Shown here piece after piece: positions 50,530-63,850 of a stretch of DNA of 64,000 nucleotides. The notes under the pieces are model-generated. The model ran no database searches. It had not been told where the DNA came from and saw only the letters and a program-made list of their open reading frames with translations. This DNA comes from Octopus vulgaris (Eukaryota): assembly GCA_951406725.2 (NCBI GenBank), contig OX597832.1, positions 6,448,001 through 6,512,000 on the forward strand. Direction: 5' to 3'. The position numbers were made by a program, and so were the translations under genes. The number at the start of each line of letters is the position of its first letter. Position 1 is the stretch's first letter.

Positions 50530-53225
50530 AATTATTATTATTATTATTATTAGCATGTAACTGTTCAACATTTGGTAGGTCAAGGCAAATTTATACTGCA
50601 TCACCTGCTACACCTCCATGTTACTGGGGTGTGTGTAGCATTGTGTATTCTTTTCTGCTGTTGGTTGTGTGCAAACTTTTCCCAGTACTGTATTGTGTTA
50701 GTTTTTCTCTTGAGGTATGATGCAGTTTTTTGTTGTGATATGGCTTGTTTTGTGTGTTGAGTATGTGATGCATTGGTTATCTAACTTGCTGGGTGAAATT
50801 TATTTCATTGGATAATTGCTGCATAGAGTGTGTCTTGTGTTTGTGGGTTGTTTTGTTTAGGCTGTATTATTGGATTGATAGTGTTTTGCATAGGATATGG
50901 GCTGTACCTAGCAGGGCTATTTTTTGGCTAGTGTGTAGTGTTGAGGATCCAGGTATAGCTTCTACGTTTTTCTTTATATGTTTTTTTATCTTGCCCAATG
51001 CTCCAATTATTATTGGTTTTGTTTTTACCTTTTTGCCCTACATCTTGAATACTTCAATTTCAAGGTCTTTGTACTTTTGTACTTAGACAATTTCTCCACT
51101 TCTTTTTTGACAATATTTTGATCAGAAGGGACTGTAATATCTATCAGTAAGCAGGTGTTTTTGCCCTAATCCTTGATTATTATGTCTGGGAAATTAGTTT
51201 TTATTTCTTTGTCAGTCTGAACCTGCATATCCCAGATGACTGTGGTCTGGTCATTGTCTCGTACATTGTTTGGCACTTGCTTATACCACCTATTGTCAGT
51301 CTTAATGCTGTAATGTTGGTATATTGTCCAGTGGATATAACAAGTGATCAGCTTGTAGTTTTTTTTTTGTTTTTTGTGTCACTTGTTTTAGGGAGTAGGC
51401 ATGTTACCCTTAATGTGAGCCAGTTTGGAGTCATTTGGGTATTTCTGATAATATCAGAGAAACATCCATTAACTTGCAATGTGATGATGAGAGGCCAAAA
51501 GTTTGATGTTTTATCATGTCCAGGAAACTCTTTTATGAGTTTTAGATAGAGCTTGAGTTAGTTCCTGCATTGTAATATCCTCCCATTCCTGTTCTTTAAT
51601 CTCAGTCATTCTTTCTTCTTCTCTCCCTACCCATTCAGCTTCCTTGTTAAATTCCTTTCTATCATTCCATATGCTTTTCCAAAATGTCAGTACTTCTTTC
51701 ATATCAGGTGGGTCTTTTATTTCAGATGACTGTTTCCCCAACTCTCTGCAGAATTCCTTAGCATCAGTTTTAAATATCTTATTATATCTGTAAAATTTGT
51801 TTCTCTCTTCATATCTGCATAAGTTTGGGCCTTAACTTGAACTTTTTGCCTAACCCTCTCCTTTCATTTCAGGACTTTATTCATGTTTATCAGATCGTAG
51901 TTTCACTTCGTCTTTCTAGTCATTCTCATTTTTACATTATTTCCTTTGGAGAGTTCATCTAAAAACAATAATTCCCATTGGAAGTTCTCAATTTCCTTAT
52001 TTATGTGCTCTTTCCACCATGGCTGTTTGCATGCATCTTTGGAAGCTATTTTTTTCTTCTTTATTTTATTTAATTTTTTTTTTTTTTGTTATGGGCCAAA
52101 ATAGCTTGTAGTGTGACGGAGGAAAAGGACAACAGAAAAAGAAGCAAACGGAAGAAAGAAATACAAAAGGCCTTCCAGGTTGACCTCGGCGGAACGAGCG
52201 GTCACTCTCACGAAATAAACACGTCTTTTCTGGCTACCGTCTCTGCTTGAACTCACCACACTTGCTTCCTGCCCACGCATGCCCTGTGCCTGTGTCACAG
52301 GCCCCTGCAGTCCTTACTTCCATCTACCTCATCTGCAAGTCCCTCCACCAACACCACATAGCTCCATCACAGCCCATAACACCACTAATACCACAGTAGT
52401 AGCAACAGACGTTTATTATATGAGATAGTTTGATGAAGTCAGATTTGTCTCAGTTTCAAGAAGAAGCTGCTTCTTCGGCTGTATAGTGAATTGATTTGAT
52501 CTTCTGAAACTTTGGTAATTGACCTCTCTCATTCATTTGTAAACATTTAGAAATGCCTAACTCTCTGAAGGTATCATCTTTTTCCTTGAATATTTTCTCT
52601 CAATTGGCTTCAATAAATGTGCTAGCCATTGCAGTTTCTGGTTCATTCCTATTTTCTTTTACCTCAGTTCCAGCTTGGCCATATACTACTTCAGGCTCCA
52701 AGTTGCCTACATCAATATCATGTTCATGGGTGTTTCAATCAATAGGTTGAGTAATTTTTTCCTGTTCATTATTCCCAGGGTCTGTATCATGTGCTTCAGC
52801 CAGGTTTTCTGGGATGATAGTGCATTATTTTTGTTTGTCTCTAATTCTGCTGGTGTTAGATGGTTATTACGCACAATCTCAATGCACACATTGGCTAATT
52901 TGTTTGTTTGTATCAATATACATACAAGTGTTATCCCTTACCATTTCTCTCCAGATTTTGAGACACAACTCAGTTTTATTACAACCTGGTTGGTTCAGTG
53001 CTGTGTAGAATGCTGTCATGACTTCTTCATACTCCTCTCTCACCTACCTATCTTAGTGGTCCTTTTGACATTTGTTTTATTTGGTGTTTGTCTTAAGGTG
53101 TCAGAGTTGATTTCTCAATTCTAATTTCCCTCAAGATTATTTTCAGAGGAGTTTGTTCTAACTGTCAACTTTTCAACCTGAGGCTGGTTCCTCCCTGAAG
53201 GAAACCTCCCTTGATGACCTACATA
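50530..53225 (-). mobile_element. R4/Dong-like element, internally deleted and decayed
   Basis: Endonuclease motif PDIIIKD...CLLIDITVPSD, PIIIGALG, and pre-RT FWKSIWN..EFNKEAEW. 3' end at the (ATT)n run 50523-50551. Confidence 0.75.
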
Positions 53226-53289
53226 ATGGATGATACAATATAATTTGTTTCTAATCTGCACTTTTTTTATGTGCCAAAATTTGAAATCC

Positions 53290-54020
53290 TTATTATCATT
53301 ATTATTAGGAGATCAAATTCTGCCGAGATTGACTTTGCCTTTTATTCTTTCGGCGTCGATAAAATAAATACCAGTTGAACACTGGGGTCGATGTAATTGA
53401 CTCGTCCCCATCTCCCCCAAGCTGCCCTTATGGCAAAAATTTGAAATAATAATAATAATTATTATTATTAAGGCAACAAGCTGACAGAATCACTAGCATG
53501 CCAGACAAAATACTTTGAAGCATTTCTTCCGACTTCACATTCTGAGTTCAAATGTCGCCAAGTCAACTTTGCTTTTCATACTTTCGGGGGTAATAAAATA
53601 GGCACCAGTCCAACACTGAGGTCGATGTAATTAACTACCTCCACTTCCCCCAAACTTCAGGCCTTGTGCATATCGTAGAAAGGATTATTATTATTAAGGC
53701 TGTGAGCTGGCAGAATCATAAGTGCGTCGGACAAACTGCTCAGCAGCATTTCCTCCCGTTTTAGGTTTTGAGTTCAGATTTAACCGAGGTTGACTTTGCC
53801 TTTCATCCTTTTACAGTTGATAAAATAAGCACCAGTGGAACACTGGAGTCGATGTAATCAACTACTCTCTTCTCCCAAATTTTCATGCGTCGTACCTATT
53901 TAAGAAAGAATTATCATTAGAAGGTGGTGGGTTTGTAATTTGTTAGTTGTGTCGCCAACGTTTTGAGTTCAGCCCGTGCTGAGGTAGATTTTGCTTTCCA
54001 TCACCTGAGATTGACAAAAT
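53290..54020 (+). mobile_element. Head-to-tail cluster of about four Meta-domain SINE copies
   Basis: Core gactttgccttt(t/c)at recurs at about 53330, 53563, 53791 and 53985; the first three copies are separated by (att)n or (aat)n. Confidence 0.75.
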
Positions 54021-55574
54021 AACAGTTTTTATTTATTCCTTTGTATTTTAATTTCTATTTTGTTATCATTTGCTCCGTTGTATCATTCCTCTTCTTGTCT
54101 CTCTCTAAATATTACTCATTTCATCATTGTTATTTATATTACAAAAGCAGTCAACTATCGGAATTGAGAGAGAACCCAACTAAATGGTTTGCTATATTAA
54201 TTACCTCCCTTTATGTTCTTGTGTTCAAACTCGCTAGAGTCGATTTTTCTTTTAAACATTCGGTCATCCATAAAATATTACAAGTCAAATATTGAAGTTG
54301 ATATCGACAATACATTGCTACAAAATTTGTAGCTTTGTATCCACACTATAAACTGTTATTCTTATTTGAGCGGTACAACAGAATAAGCCGAGTGTTTGAC
54401 AAAATACTTTACACATTATTTGGTTATGTCCCTTTGCTTACTAAACTTAAAGCTACTAAAATTTACTTTCTTTCGTCATTCCAAGATCAATAAAATAAGA
54501 ACTGTACCCGCGTCAACATCTTATTGCCTAAATAAATCGCTATTGTATCCTAGCCTAACATATCAAAGCAAGCTGTCTCTTTCATCTGCAACTATGTTAT
54601 AATTCCGATGTCTCCCGTTCATCATAATCACTCAATTATCACTTACATTGTTTTAGTATAACCTTACCCTAAAATATCACCACACTAGTCATAGTTCAAA
54701 GAAAATTGATTTTATACTTATTATATTGTTGTTCTACTGTCCTCAACATTTTGCAATCGTGGCCGCATTTCGCATGGAAAGATACGAAAAAAATTTTTTT
54801 GAAAATTAGAATGGATTTTTTAAAGCCAGTGGTAATGCCGCAAGCGTGTTGGCTTGCTTCAGTAGGTTCCGTTGAACTGTGTGGTGTGTGACCAATTGAA
54901 GCACTTGGTGTTGAACTGATGTTTCTTTCTTTCTTCGCTCATGTTTGAGTTTTCTTCAGTTTGGGATTTGTGTTTCTACGTGATTTTGTATTGTATATGC
55001 ATCATATACATACATTTGTATTTTTGAATGTGCAAGGATTCTTAAATTATGCTTTTTAAAATCCGCTGCACACTGCAGGAGGAATACTGCTATAGAGTTA
55101 CACATCGTCTGACACTAACATTGATGATAGTAAAAAGAGTTGAATTACTTTCGACTTTCTTTACAGGCCCTCTTGTTTCGTGGTTAGCAACTCTTTTTTT
55201 TTTTTCGATTATAAATAAAGATAAAATAAATAAAACACAAAACTTTGCAGAAAATTCTCTCACTTTAACTGAGTTTATATATTTAATCAATTAAATTTTT
55301 GCGATAATAAACGTTAAATAAAGTATTAAATCTATTAAAATTGTAATTCCATTTGTACAGAAATACAAATTATGAACCGGAGATTTATAGTAATCTATTT
55401 TGACAAAATATATTTATTTATGCATCACGAAAATAAAAGGTGGAACACTCTTCTAATTTGATAATTTATTAGATTTAATCCAGTTGTATTTCTATCAGGA
55501 TAGTGCAAACTTTTTACAAAGAAATTCGAATTACAATTCCTTTCTGGTCAGATCTTAGCAGACGAAAGTATCTC

Positions 55575-55800
55575 GATGGACATGCGCAATGCAAATCACA
55601 TGTTGATTTATCTTTTGCTGGTTATGATAAAGCGTGTCTGATTGGCTGGTTGTAGAACGTGTAGATAGAATTGGCCAATCACATTAGAGTTATTATTGAC
55701 AGACACTTTCCTATTACTTTAAGAAACGATTGCTTAGTAGGAATTTGGTCGCCGCGAAAATTTATCAGCTCACAGTTATTTTAAAGTACTCACTGTTTCC
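55575..55800 (+). promoter_or_regulatory. Putative TATA-less promoter of the Src-family gene
   Basis: Octamer ATGCAAAT (55589-55596), CCAAT boxes (gattggctgg about 55640; attggccaatc about 55670) and E2F-like gccgcgaaaa (55751-55760), 280-450 bp upstream of the ATG. Confidence 0.55.
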
Positions 55801-56039
55801 TCTTGTTAGTGTACACCTCTGAGGTGTGCCCCGATGTCCCAGCCACAGCCTGGCTGATCCTAACAAACGAATTCAATGATATCTGCTTAATCTTCCTCTT
55901 TCTCCAGCTGACGGCTTCCTGTAATGTCGGTTTGGGGAATCCTTTATTGACGCTGTGTCTAGACTAAAGAGATACGGTTCTTATTATTTCCTCATCCGTA
56001 GGCATCGCAAAGAATACATTTTATTTGTGATCAGGAACC

Positions 56040-56452
56040 ATGGGTAACTGTTTTAGTTGCCCCGATGATTCAAACGGGCCCATTGGCGATCTGAGTGGTG
56101 GTTCACGAACCCCACAAGATCCCAATGGTACCCTGCCGGATTCCCCCGGGAGCGTATTACCCATCACCAGCCCACCGCTGACCATGGGCAATGTTACACC
56201 TTGTACTCCTACAGCCACTCAACCAGATACGCCTGTAGAAGTTTTCGGGGGTTCTCAGATGAAAATATTTGTTGCCTTGTATGACTACGATGCTCGAACA
56301 GATGAAGATTTGAGTTTCAAAAAAGGAGAACATTTGGAAATAGTGAACGACACGCAGGGTGACTGGTGGTATGCCAGGTCTCGGACTACTAAGCATGAAG
56401 GATATATACCATCAAATTATGTTGCAAAGCTCAAAAGTTTAGAATCAGAGCC
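56040..56452 (+). CDS. Src42A: Src-family tyrosine kinase (Src42A/Frk-like), first coding exon: SH4, unique region and SH3
   Basis: accATGG Kozak; MGNCFSC myristoylation/palmitoylation motif; SH3 [28 protein letters not shown]...GYIPSNYV; phase-2 donor GTAAGT at 56453. No SH2 exon seen in the window. Confidence 0.92.
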
Positions 56453-57157
56453 GTAAGTAAAGAACCTAAAACATTCTTCTAAACCATCCTATATTTTCCT
56501 ATTTGTTTCCTCTTTTTAAATTTGTCAACCCCCATACTATCCCAGCTGTTTGTACATGTCAACGTCAATTGTATTGATATAGATGATTATTCATTTGTTG
56601 TTAAAAGCAATATTATGAAAATCGAATTTTTCAGACTTATGTCACAATGTAGAATAGCAAGCAGGCGTGCCGTTGAATCAAGGAATCAGCTATGACTATT
56701 ATAACATGACCAGCCGTTCCTATCCGATGCTTCAACGATGGCTAAACCAACTAACCCTAATGTCAATATGAATCTCCTAGTGCTGATTCTCGAATGGTTC
56801 TTACACTGCAAACTACATAATAGCAGTAGCATTATAAAGCCTTACATCACAGGGTTAATGTAAAATTCTAAATGCTTGCCCTCATATAGTCGAACATTTA
56901 ATTAGTTATTTATTACTATTACTAATGTATTTATGTCTATATAATAGTATCTTGATGTTTTATGCAACTATTCTGTACCATAATAATATACCGGTTTTAT
57001 TTCTTCTTCCTAATCTATTAAACAGATCTATACATCTGCATAAGTTAAATCTTCTCATCTAAATCTAAAATATTAAAAAATTTAAAACTAAGCATTTTTG
57101 GAATCTGCCTGGATCGATCGATCTTTCCCTTTCTCTCTCCCTCTCTCTGTGTGTGTG

Positions 57158-57213
<56 letters not shown>

Positions 57214-58467
57214 ATGCGTGTGTGTACGGAAAAAATTCTTTAATTTTTTCATTTACGATACTGACAATACCGCAGAAGGCATTTTATTGTATAACATTAA
57301 GCACGAGTATAACTGTTGGCTCATTCGAAGGCAGTGCACAGCGAAGTGCATTTTGTTGTAGAGCCATCGAAAAAGTGGGGCGGAAACTGTCAACCATTAA
57401 ACTGACGAAGAAAGTCTTATGAAGAATACAGCTTCACACTCGTACCATATCGGTTCTCTACTGAAAATGAGATCGCTACTAATTCCCTTTTTATTACAGA
57501 AGATCTTAACAAACGAATAAACACTGATATGGTATTGTGTTTCACTTTATTGATGTTATGCATTAGTTGTGGGAGGATTCGTTTCTTTTTGGTTCTTTGT
57601 CGGTTCTCTGACAGGTTCTTGTTTGAAAGTAGTAATCTGAATGTCTGGAGGAGAGAAGTTACAAGCCTGGTTTTGATGCTCACTGATGGTGGCTTGATAC
57701 TTCATCTGTTTCTTTTCCTAGTCTGTAAAGGCATTGCCAGGGGAAGTTTTCTTTCAGAATTAAAAGGGTCGTTTCCTTTTTCTTTTCGGCTCATCATCAC
57801 GATGATTAATTTTATTATTATTATTATTATTAACGATCGTAAGTCTTGTGTCGGTGGAAGAGGCTTCTAAATATATTGTAGTAGTTTCGCCCCCTGCCAC
57901 TGCATTTCCGAGTTCAGATTCCGCCGCTTTGTCTTTATCTTCTTAAATGGTCGAAAAATAAATACTTGTAATTAACTGATGTCGATTTAATCCCACTCCT
58001 GCAAAAATTGATATGGTTGTGTGCACCTGAGCACAATATACAACAATCTTCATTATGTTATCAATGTTTTTTCTTAATGCAAACCCTTGTGGTTAATAAA
58101 GAAATCATTATTTGGAAATTAGATGCCAGTTCCCGGAATTTTACGTATTTTAGTGACATGTTTTCTGATATTTTTGAAAATGAATGTAAATAAATAAATA
58201 AACGAGAAGCAAAAATTCCAAAACAAATATATATTGTGCAATTGAAGTACAATAGTGTCCCTTCAGATATTCTTTTATTTCTCCGTTGAATAATGTGATA
58301 TTTCTTATGAAATTAATTTATTTCTGAAGTCAGGGTGAGAGTGAATGAGAAACAATCTCTCCACCTCTCTCAAATACATGTCTTAGTAAGTGTTTAATTA
58401 ATGGCTTTAGATCTCCCACCCCTCTAATGGATGAGAGAAGCCTCTCTTTGGCTGAAATACATTACTG

Positions 58468-58510
<43 letters not shown>

Positions 58511-61024
58511 CATATATATGTGGACTGGGTGCGTGTCATTAGGAAAGCTCCTAACTTACATGAAAGGGAAATTGAAGGAAATCAGAAACGAGCTTATGTC
58601 TATTGTTACTTAGCTTCTAGATTATAACATTCCAATGAGCAATAGTGCATCCGAAGCTGTCGATCTATTTAAAATAAAGTAATTGTGTTTTCACTGGATA
58701 AACATCATAAAACTTTTAAAACACATGTTTAAATTGAAGCTTTAAAATGTTAAATGTTCAGTGCATAAGGTTTGATGATGGGAAAGCTGATGATACATTC
58801 AACTAGTGTAGCAAGTGTGTTCGACGAGTGCGCATGTTTGTGTAGTGAATATTTTATTGCATGTATTTTTGAAGCGAGTAATTTATGTTTATATGTTTTG
58901 TGATCGCTAAGGCCCTTATGGCAATCCCGTTCTTCGACTAAAGTGTATGCCTTTTGCTGCTTTTATTCAAATAAAACTACACCCACTTTCAAAAAATGAT
59001 ATCGCTTGTAAAATTCTTAGACAAGAATATAGGTTAACCAATTCTAGACCCACACCCTCATCTGAAGACAATATTTTTAGTTTTTCATCTTGCCCTAGCA
59101 TTCATCAGTAGCAACAAGTACGCTAGCTGGTGTGGTGTGTACTAGTTATATCTGTCACTTTTAAAATCCACCTATAGTGAACCTTTCGTCATATCTGTTA
59201 ATTTGGTTAATTTAATTTCAATTATTTTCTTTTCACTGACTTGAAATCTAACTAGCCCATATTAGCAATATTGTTGGTTACTACTCCTACATACTAACAT
59301 GCATTCTTATACCATCATAGCACACCAACTTATATATATATATTTTTTAGCTATTTAATGAGCTAATGTATAATTGAACATACAGATATGTATATGCACA
59401 CACCTACATAAAAACTCAACTATTTTTCCGTGTTGTCTCATTTGCATATTTGAGGCATTTTTCAGTTCTTGAGGCAGATGTTTTATTGCTTAAAGCTTTT
59501 CCGAAAACTAGTCATTCAAAATAGAGTTCTGGATTTTATTTTTCTTTCATTAGCAGTATATAAGTGAATTTTATAAAGAGAGTAATAATACGCGAGCATA
59601 TCAGATGGTTTTAATTATTAAATATCCCCATTCTCTATATGTATGCGCGCTTCCATGTGTATAGTATGTTCATAATTTATTTTATTTTGTCCACATTCCA
59701 TTTCGAAGTGACTAATGGTTTCATAGAATCTGTTTCTAATTAGATTGTGATCGAAAGGTTACTGCTATATCATATAACATTTTTTTTTCTTAAGTCAATG
59801 TTAGATGTTCCTGTCTACCAGGAAATTTTTTCCCCAGTCATCTTTCCCACGAGAAGATATAAGTTAATGCTTTTCTAGAGGCTGGACGAAACTCATTTCT
59901 TTGCAACCTCATTGTCGCTGTTGGTTTGTGTGTGTACCCATCTTGTTAATGGTATGACCCAACGGAGGATAGTGCATTTTAGAAATTCTCATTGACCCAG
60001 ATGCCGGATTCCCTTTCCCACTTTCCGAGCAAAATGTAAAATAATTAACGTTTGTCATTACATAGAATATTAAAATTAGAACAAAAGGTTTTGCTTGGAG
60101 TTACACAGTAACGTTTACGATTTAATATATAAATTAATTATTTAAGAATATAGTTCATAAGGAAAAAAATTGAGATGAAATTCGCTGATGAAATTCATTT
60201 GGATCCAGCTAGTATTCAATATCTCTGTACTGTTAAGTCATTAATTTGCTTTTCGCTAACTAGAGCCAAAAACTGGTTTGGGGCTAAACATCTTGGACCA
60301 ACTGCTGGCACTCATGCATTTTTTAATGTGCTTTCAGCTTTTATTCATGCCAAGTTTTACTCGTTCTCCTTATTAGTTAAAAAAAAAGTGCATGAATATA
60401 TTGTTCTTACTCACCCTACCAAAAATTCCACCGGTAGAGTGAAATGGCATTTTAAATCATGTGGAAAAAGAGAAAAACAACGTTGCATTTTCTTTACTAA
60501 ATTTCATCTTCCTCTTCGGAAATTATAGTGGTTCTTAATGCCTATATATCTCGACATAATACCAGATTAGTTCTGTTATGTGAGATATTTATTTCTTTTA
60601 CACTGATGTTTAGCTATCTAGCTTTTGTAGATAAGGGTATGTTTAAGGTTCCCCCCCTCCCCATTTTCAGGTTTTTGTAATCTGGTTTCACCACTACTGG
60701 TCAACACATTTTCTGTAAAAATTAAATTGATTTATTGTTGTGTTGCCTCAATCACCTCTGATCAAGCATAACTTATGATCAAAGATATTCCAGTCACGAT
60801 CATCAGGCATTTTAGAAGAATGTAGAACCACATTATCCAATGTGTCTTTTCCAATGACAGTTGGGTGTAATTTGAGGCAGATTTGCTTGCTATTTTTAGC
60901 TGGTTGAGCTGTCACACGAAAAGGCTAACAACTTGTTCTCTACAAAGCAAAGCATTCATAAAGAAGAGAAACTCCTGCTATCCAGTTTTCCTGCATAAAA
61001 TTATATTTACAACCACAGGATTGG

Positions 61025-61430
61025 AGCAGACATGGCTATATGGTAAGAGGCTCCTTCCTTGTCACATGGTTTCGGGTTCAGTCTCAGTGCATGGTACTTC
61101 GAGCAGGTGTCTTCTTTATTGTACCATGCTGACCAAGGCCTTGTGAATGGATTTGGTTGTCAGAAACTGAAAGAAGCCTGTCATGTGTGTCTATGTATGC
61201 ATGCATGCATTTATGTATGTATCTCCTTTGACATTGTGTCACCATCATGCAAGCAGTGTCCTACATTTCCAGTCTCCCATGATAACATGTCTGATTATGG
61301 GGAAATATCTTACTTGGAAACAGATGAGGGTTGGCAACTGGAAGGGCATTCAGCTTTAGAAAATCTCACCCAAGAAGTTCCATTTGACCCATGCAAGCAT
61401 GGGAAAGTGGGTTTTTTAATGAGAATGATG
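61025..61430 (+). mobile_element. CORE-type SINE head fused to an RTE-type tail, decayed
   Basis: Family head and core, followed by ggttggcaactggaagggcattcagc...catgcaagcatgg. Confidence 0.6.
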
Positions 61431-62699
61431 AGTTTTTGTTAATTTTTATCTTCTTCACTGCACTTATACCTGACATTTTTCTGAATTTTATAAAACTTGA
61501 AATCATGATTTGTATCATCATTGAACTTCTCACATTTATTCAGTCAGTGTAGGTCTAATAAGTATTTTCTGTCAAATATTCTGATATCTTGCTGCCTTGT
61601 GAATACTGACAGTGTACAGTCCGTTTCATTTCTTGATGCCATCCTATCTTTTACTGTACATTTTCTTTCTTTCTTTAGACATAAAGCTTTGCAAAGTCGG
61701 TTTTCTTGTAAACATGACAACATCATTTTAGCTTGTGTTTCTTCAAAGAATTCCTTTATGAAAACCAATGACATACCTGATTCTGCTACATACTTTTTAG
61801 TTGTTGATATTTTGGAAAATAAATTATAGCATCTTCATCCTAATTTTTTTTTTTCATCAATTAGGTTTCTAGCACTCATTTATATGTCTGAAAGTGTTCT
61901 GTCATAGCAGATTCATGTGTTTGTGCATTTAAATCAATGACAGAATCATAAATTGGAGATCTTTCATTGTCTGCTGACTGTTCCAGTATGATCTTCTAGG
62001 ATATCTATCATAATTTTTTTAAATACTGTTATTAAAGAAAGGCAATACATCCTTCTTTCGTTACAGCTTTTGTGTAGAACTCTTTGCCTATGTTATCATT
62101 ACTAAGCTGTATTGGTATCTTTCAAATATATGTTCTAGGATTTTGACAAGACCATTGACAAAGCTATTCTACTTCTCATTGGCATCTTTTTAAAGGATGT
62201 GCTAAATATTTTCTTGAAATCAATAAAGATGTAGTACAGATTTTCTTTACTGTGTCACTGAATTTGTAAGTACATGTTAACATATTCAACTTTATTTGAA
62301 TGAATTTATAATTGAGGAGATTCCAAATTTGGCATTTGCAAATGAAATGACGAACTTGTATTTATCAACATCAGGTTGCATTTTGATGGATGACTATTAA
62401 AGGTGGTTCATGAACTGTTCAGATGAGCTGCTAGGTAGGAGGTTGACAGCTTCTATTAATTAGGTGATCTAATTGAAGGCAGCTGTAGGAATATTATAGC
62501 AGCTTCAGGAAGGGAGAAAAAAGGTAGTTCAAGCAGCATTGGCAAGAAAGGTCTTCCTTGTATGTATGAAAGGCAAATTGTGTAATGCATATATTATAAA
62601 CACAACTCATGCACATGTATATATGTTGGGGACTAATACAATATTAATTGAAGAATACATTTCATATCTGTGTGTGTGTGTGTGTGTATATATATGGGT

Positions 62700-62821
62700 G
62701 CTGGCATGGCTCGAAGTTAAGTTTCCTTTCTAACTACGTGATTCCAGACTTCAGTCCCATTCCATTGCAGCTAGGGCAAGTGTCTTCTGCTATAGCCCTG
62801 GGCCATCCACAGCTTTGTGGA

Positions 62822-62877
<56 letters not shown>

Positions 62878-63270
62878 CTCTCTTTTACTCTTTTACTTGT
62901 TTCAGTCATTTGACTGCGGCCATGCTGGAGCACCGCCTTTAATCAAGCAACTCAACCCCGGGACTTATTCTTTTGTAAGCCCAGTACTTATTCTATCAGT
63001 CTCTTTTGCCGAACCGCTAAGTGACGGGGACATAAACACACCAGCATCGGTTGTCAAGCAATGCTAGGGGACAAACATACACACGCATATATATATATAT
63101 ACATACATATATACGACGGGCTTCTTTCAGTTTCCGTCTACCAAATCCACTTTGGTCGGCCCGAGGCTATAGTAGAAGACACTTACCCAAGGTGCCATGC
63201 AGTGGGACTGAACCCGGAACCATGTGGTTGGTAGACAAGCTACTTACCACACAGCCACTCCTGCGCCTAT
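62700..63270. mobile_element. CORE-type SINEs: partial + copy and full-length - copy
   Basis: 62880-63268 is a close reverse-complement match to the family. Confidence 0.8.
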
Positions 63271-63483
63271 ATATATATATATATATATATGCATACATAC
63301 AAACATATATGTACGTACCTACATCTACATGTATATATACATGCATATATAAATATATATACGTGTGTATAGGACACCAAATAGACGTAGAACTCAACGA
63401 GAAACGAAAACGTAAAAACAGCATGGAACGGACCATTCCTTTAACAACGGAAAAACAGTACAAGACAACTACACAAGGAAAAA

Positions 63484-63559
63484 TCCCCTTCATCAGCCGT
63501 CCCTAGTTCAACTCCAGCGTGTTTCGAAGGTGAGGACAGAACATGTCTCATCGAACTAG
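63484..63559 (-). ncRNA. Rearranged hammerhead-like motif, inverted copy
   Basis: Reverse complement of 63775-63850 with two substitutions, one of which creates a mismatch in stem III. Confidence 0.6.
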
Positions 63560-63774
63560 TCCAAAAAAAAAATTTTTCCTCGTCTAGGCTTATAGGCCCT
63601 CTTTATTTGTTTTCCTGTCCTGTTTCTATTCCTTCTTGTAATTGTATTTTTATTTTGTATTTGTTTTTAATTGTATTGTTTTTACGTCCTGTTTTTGTCA
63701 CTTCCCCCCCCTTTTTTTTTCCTTGTTTTTACCCCTCTGCAAAGGAATTTTATTTAATTCTTTCGCTGGAAGGA

Positions 63775-63850
63775 CTAGTTCGACGAGACATGTTCTGTCC
63801 TCACCTTCGAAACATGCTGGAGTTGAACTAGGGACGGCTGATGAAGGGGA
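63775..63850 (+). ncRNA. Rearranged (non-circularly permuted) hammerhead ribozyme candidate, intact core
   Basis: Order: catGT-T (63789-63794), stem I ctgtcc, ccttc-GAAA-catg (63804-63816), ggacgg-CTGATGA-agggg (63832-63849). Extra helix 63775-63784 pairs with 63822-63831. Confidence 0.65.

Noticed and set aside
53150-53225. Possible HDV-like ribozyme at the 5' end of the R4/Dong-like element (minus strand)
   Set aside because: Some pairings exist, but I could not assemble P1, P1.1, P3 and the catalytic-C junction in the required order.
56453-56456. Stop codon ending the 138-aa Src ORF, suggesting an SH3-only protein
   Set aside because: The TAA is part of the GTAAGT splice donor; the kinase presumably continues in exons beyond the window.
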